A stretch of 64,000 bases of DNA from Veleropilina oligotropha (Eukaryota): contig JBEUKZ010000093.1 in NCBI GenBank assembly GCA_048128005.1, positions 434,001-498,000 of the forward strand, in the 5' to 3' direction. Below are positions 63,612 to 64,000 of the stretch, in pieces (position 1 is the first letter of the stretch; each line of letters begins with the position of its first letter). The position numbers were made by a program, and so were the translations under genes. The notes below the pieces were generated by a model. It saw nothing but the letters and a program-made list of their open reading frames with translations, was not told the origin of the DNA and made no database searches.

Positions 63612-64000
63612 AGGTCAACTCACCGCCTAGGTCGTCACCACCAGAGTGAACTCGCCGCCAAGGTTCTTACATAATTACAAGTATTTTACAAGTATGTTTT
63701 ATTAAAATTTACAGTTTTATACATTTACTAAATAAAATGATTTATTTCTTCCTGTAAATATATGCGAAATGGGTTGCTGCCATCGACTAAGAAACAAAGC
63801 GTGTGTCTCAAATTGAATAAAAACATTTACATTATCGCTTATTGACCCACTGTTATACTTTTAAATATAAGCTACAAAATAATCATGTCGGTATTTTTAT
63901 CATGATAATTTGTTGATGTTCATTTAGTTAATCCACAAATCGGATGCTGCGGTGAATAGTTGTTACCTTTGATAAGCGATGGCACGATGGCGGTGAGTTG
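63612..64000. mobile_element. Probable MITE, right end cut by the window
   Basis: caactcaccgcc at ~63616 and its inverse ggcggtgagttg at 63989-64000, with related subterminal repeats. Confidence 0.5.

Overview
Repeat-dense animal genomic DNA, probably molluscan or another lophotrochozoan (inferred from the SINE and Helentron-derived repeat types). About 44% of the window is four DIRS1-like tyrosine-recombinase retrotransposons: A 1-4358 (+, 5' end outside the window), B 9601-16980 (+), C 24034-32774 (-) and D 48840-56530 (-). Each has ITRs, an internal complementary region (ICR) and overlapping gag / RT-RNaseH-MTase / YR frames. Host genes are an intact 16-finger C2H2 ORF and a minus-strand prohibitin-1 gene that has a premature stop and whose last exon is split by DIRS C. 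The window also holds a decayed Academ transposon full of tandem amplifications, pogo and piggyBac derivatives, HINE-like elements, three SINE families, a LINE and many minisatellites. Comparing the four DIRS copies gives the most interesting signals. (1) Long non-coding 5' and 3' regions show compensatory base changes, and the 3' region has conserved splice signals. (2) A conserved CCC-TAG junction could yield Gag, Gag-Pol (+1 frameshift) and Gag-YR (readthrough). (3) All three copies of one SINE family have a DIRS inserted in or next to their 3' tail. All alignments were done by eye; no searches were run.
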